Shown one piece after another: positions 63,365-64,000 of a DNA stretch of 64,000 nucleotides. The stretch comes from Mobula hypostoma (lineage: Eukaryota). Made by a program: the position numbers and the translations under genes. Location of the stretch: contig NC_086097.1 in NCBI RefSeq assembly GCF_963921235.1, forward strand, positions 89,654,001 through 89,718,000. Direction: 5' to 3'. Each line of letters opens with the position of its first letter. Positions within the stretch are counted from its first letter, which is position 1. The notes under the pieces were generated by a model. The model had not been told where the DNA came from and searched no databases. It was given only the letters and a program-made list of their open reading frames with translations.

Positions 63365-64000
63365 AGATAGATGGATAGATATACTTCATTAATCCTGAGG
63401 GAAATTGGGTTTCGTTACAGCCACACCAACCAAGAATAGAGAGTAAATATAGCAATACAAAAACCACAAACAATCAAACAACAAAATTCAAACTATGCCA
63501 GATGGAAAATAAGTCCAGGACCAGTCTATTGGCTCAGGGTGTCTGAGCCTCCACGGGAGGAGCTGCACGTTCGATGGCCACAGGCAGGAACGACCTCCCA
63601 TGCCGCCCAGTGTTGTATCTTGGTGGAATGTGGCCGAAGTCCAATAGTAAAAAGTTCAATATCCGGTCTACAACACGTTCCTCGATCATAATATGACCTG
63701 GATTGCACCATCTGTTGTTAACCAGAACAGTAAGCACCCAGCTCCTTTACGCTTACCGTTCTCAGTGCACTTCCGGTCAGCCGGAACGGTCTGGAAGCCG
63801 TCCATGGAGAAGTTTTGATCGAGTATGTCCTCGTGCAGCCCCGTTCCAGTGAAGCACATAACACTGCACTCCCGAAATGTTCTCTGATGCCTGGCTAGTG
63901 CCATGAACTCGTCCATTTTATTACCCACCGAACTCCTCTTCTCCGTAAGTGTCTGTTGTCTCGACCCGGTCCTCTTTCCTCCACTTTGTGATCCCCCTCT
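63365..64000 (-). mobile_element. Rex1/Babar derivative: EN N-terminus fused directly to the ORF C-terminus and tail
   Basis: GNKMDEF..RECSVMCFT..VNNRWCNPGH..RPDIELFTIGLRP joined to IPPRYNTGRHGRSFLPVAI; (atct)n tail. Confidence 0.85.

Overview
This is eukaryotic DNA, most likely from a cartilaginous fish (ray/skate/shark-type repeat landscape; inferred from remembered repeat families, no database search). The window looks intronic or intergenic and is dominated by nested, decayed transposable elements. These are CR1 LINEs (including a near full-length copy with esterase ORF1 and a young copy with a 404-aa ORF2 piece), Rex1/Babar LINEs, RTE LINEs and their bipartite non-autonomous derivatives, and L2 tails. 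There are also tRNA-derived SINEs (V/HE1-like, Deu-like, CORE-like), Penelope-type ends with hammerhead-like cores, two opposed Gypsy elements, a solo LTR, a Harbinger derivative and 80-bp hAT MITEs. I could not recognise any intact host protein-coding gene; almost all listed ORFs are TE fragments, their antisense shadows or low-complexity artefacts. The most notable structures are a 67-bp-arm hairpin (5756-5947), a ~1.45-kb duplication of a composite TE mosaic (38.5 kb vs 55.1 kb), a twin-priming-like inverted Rex1 insertion, a SINE sharing its 3' half with an RTE derivative, two transcription-factor motif clusters and one plausible orphan exon. I did not find convincing evidence of a new biological system. 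Most TE boundaries are approximate unless a TSD or TIR is quoted.
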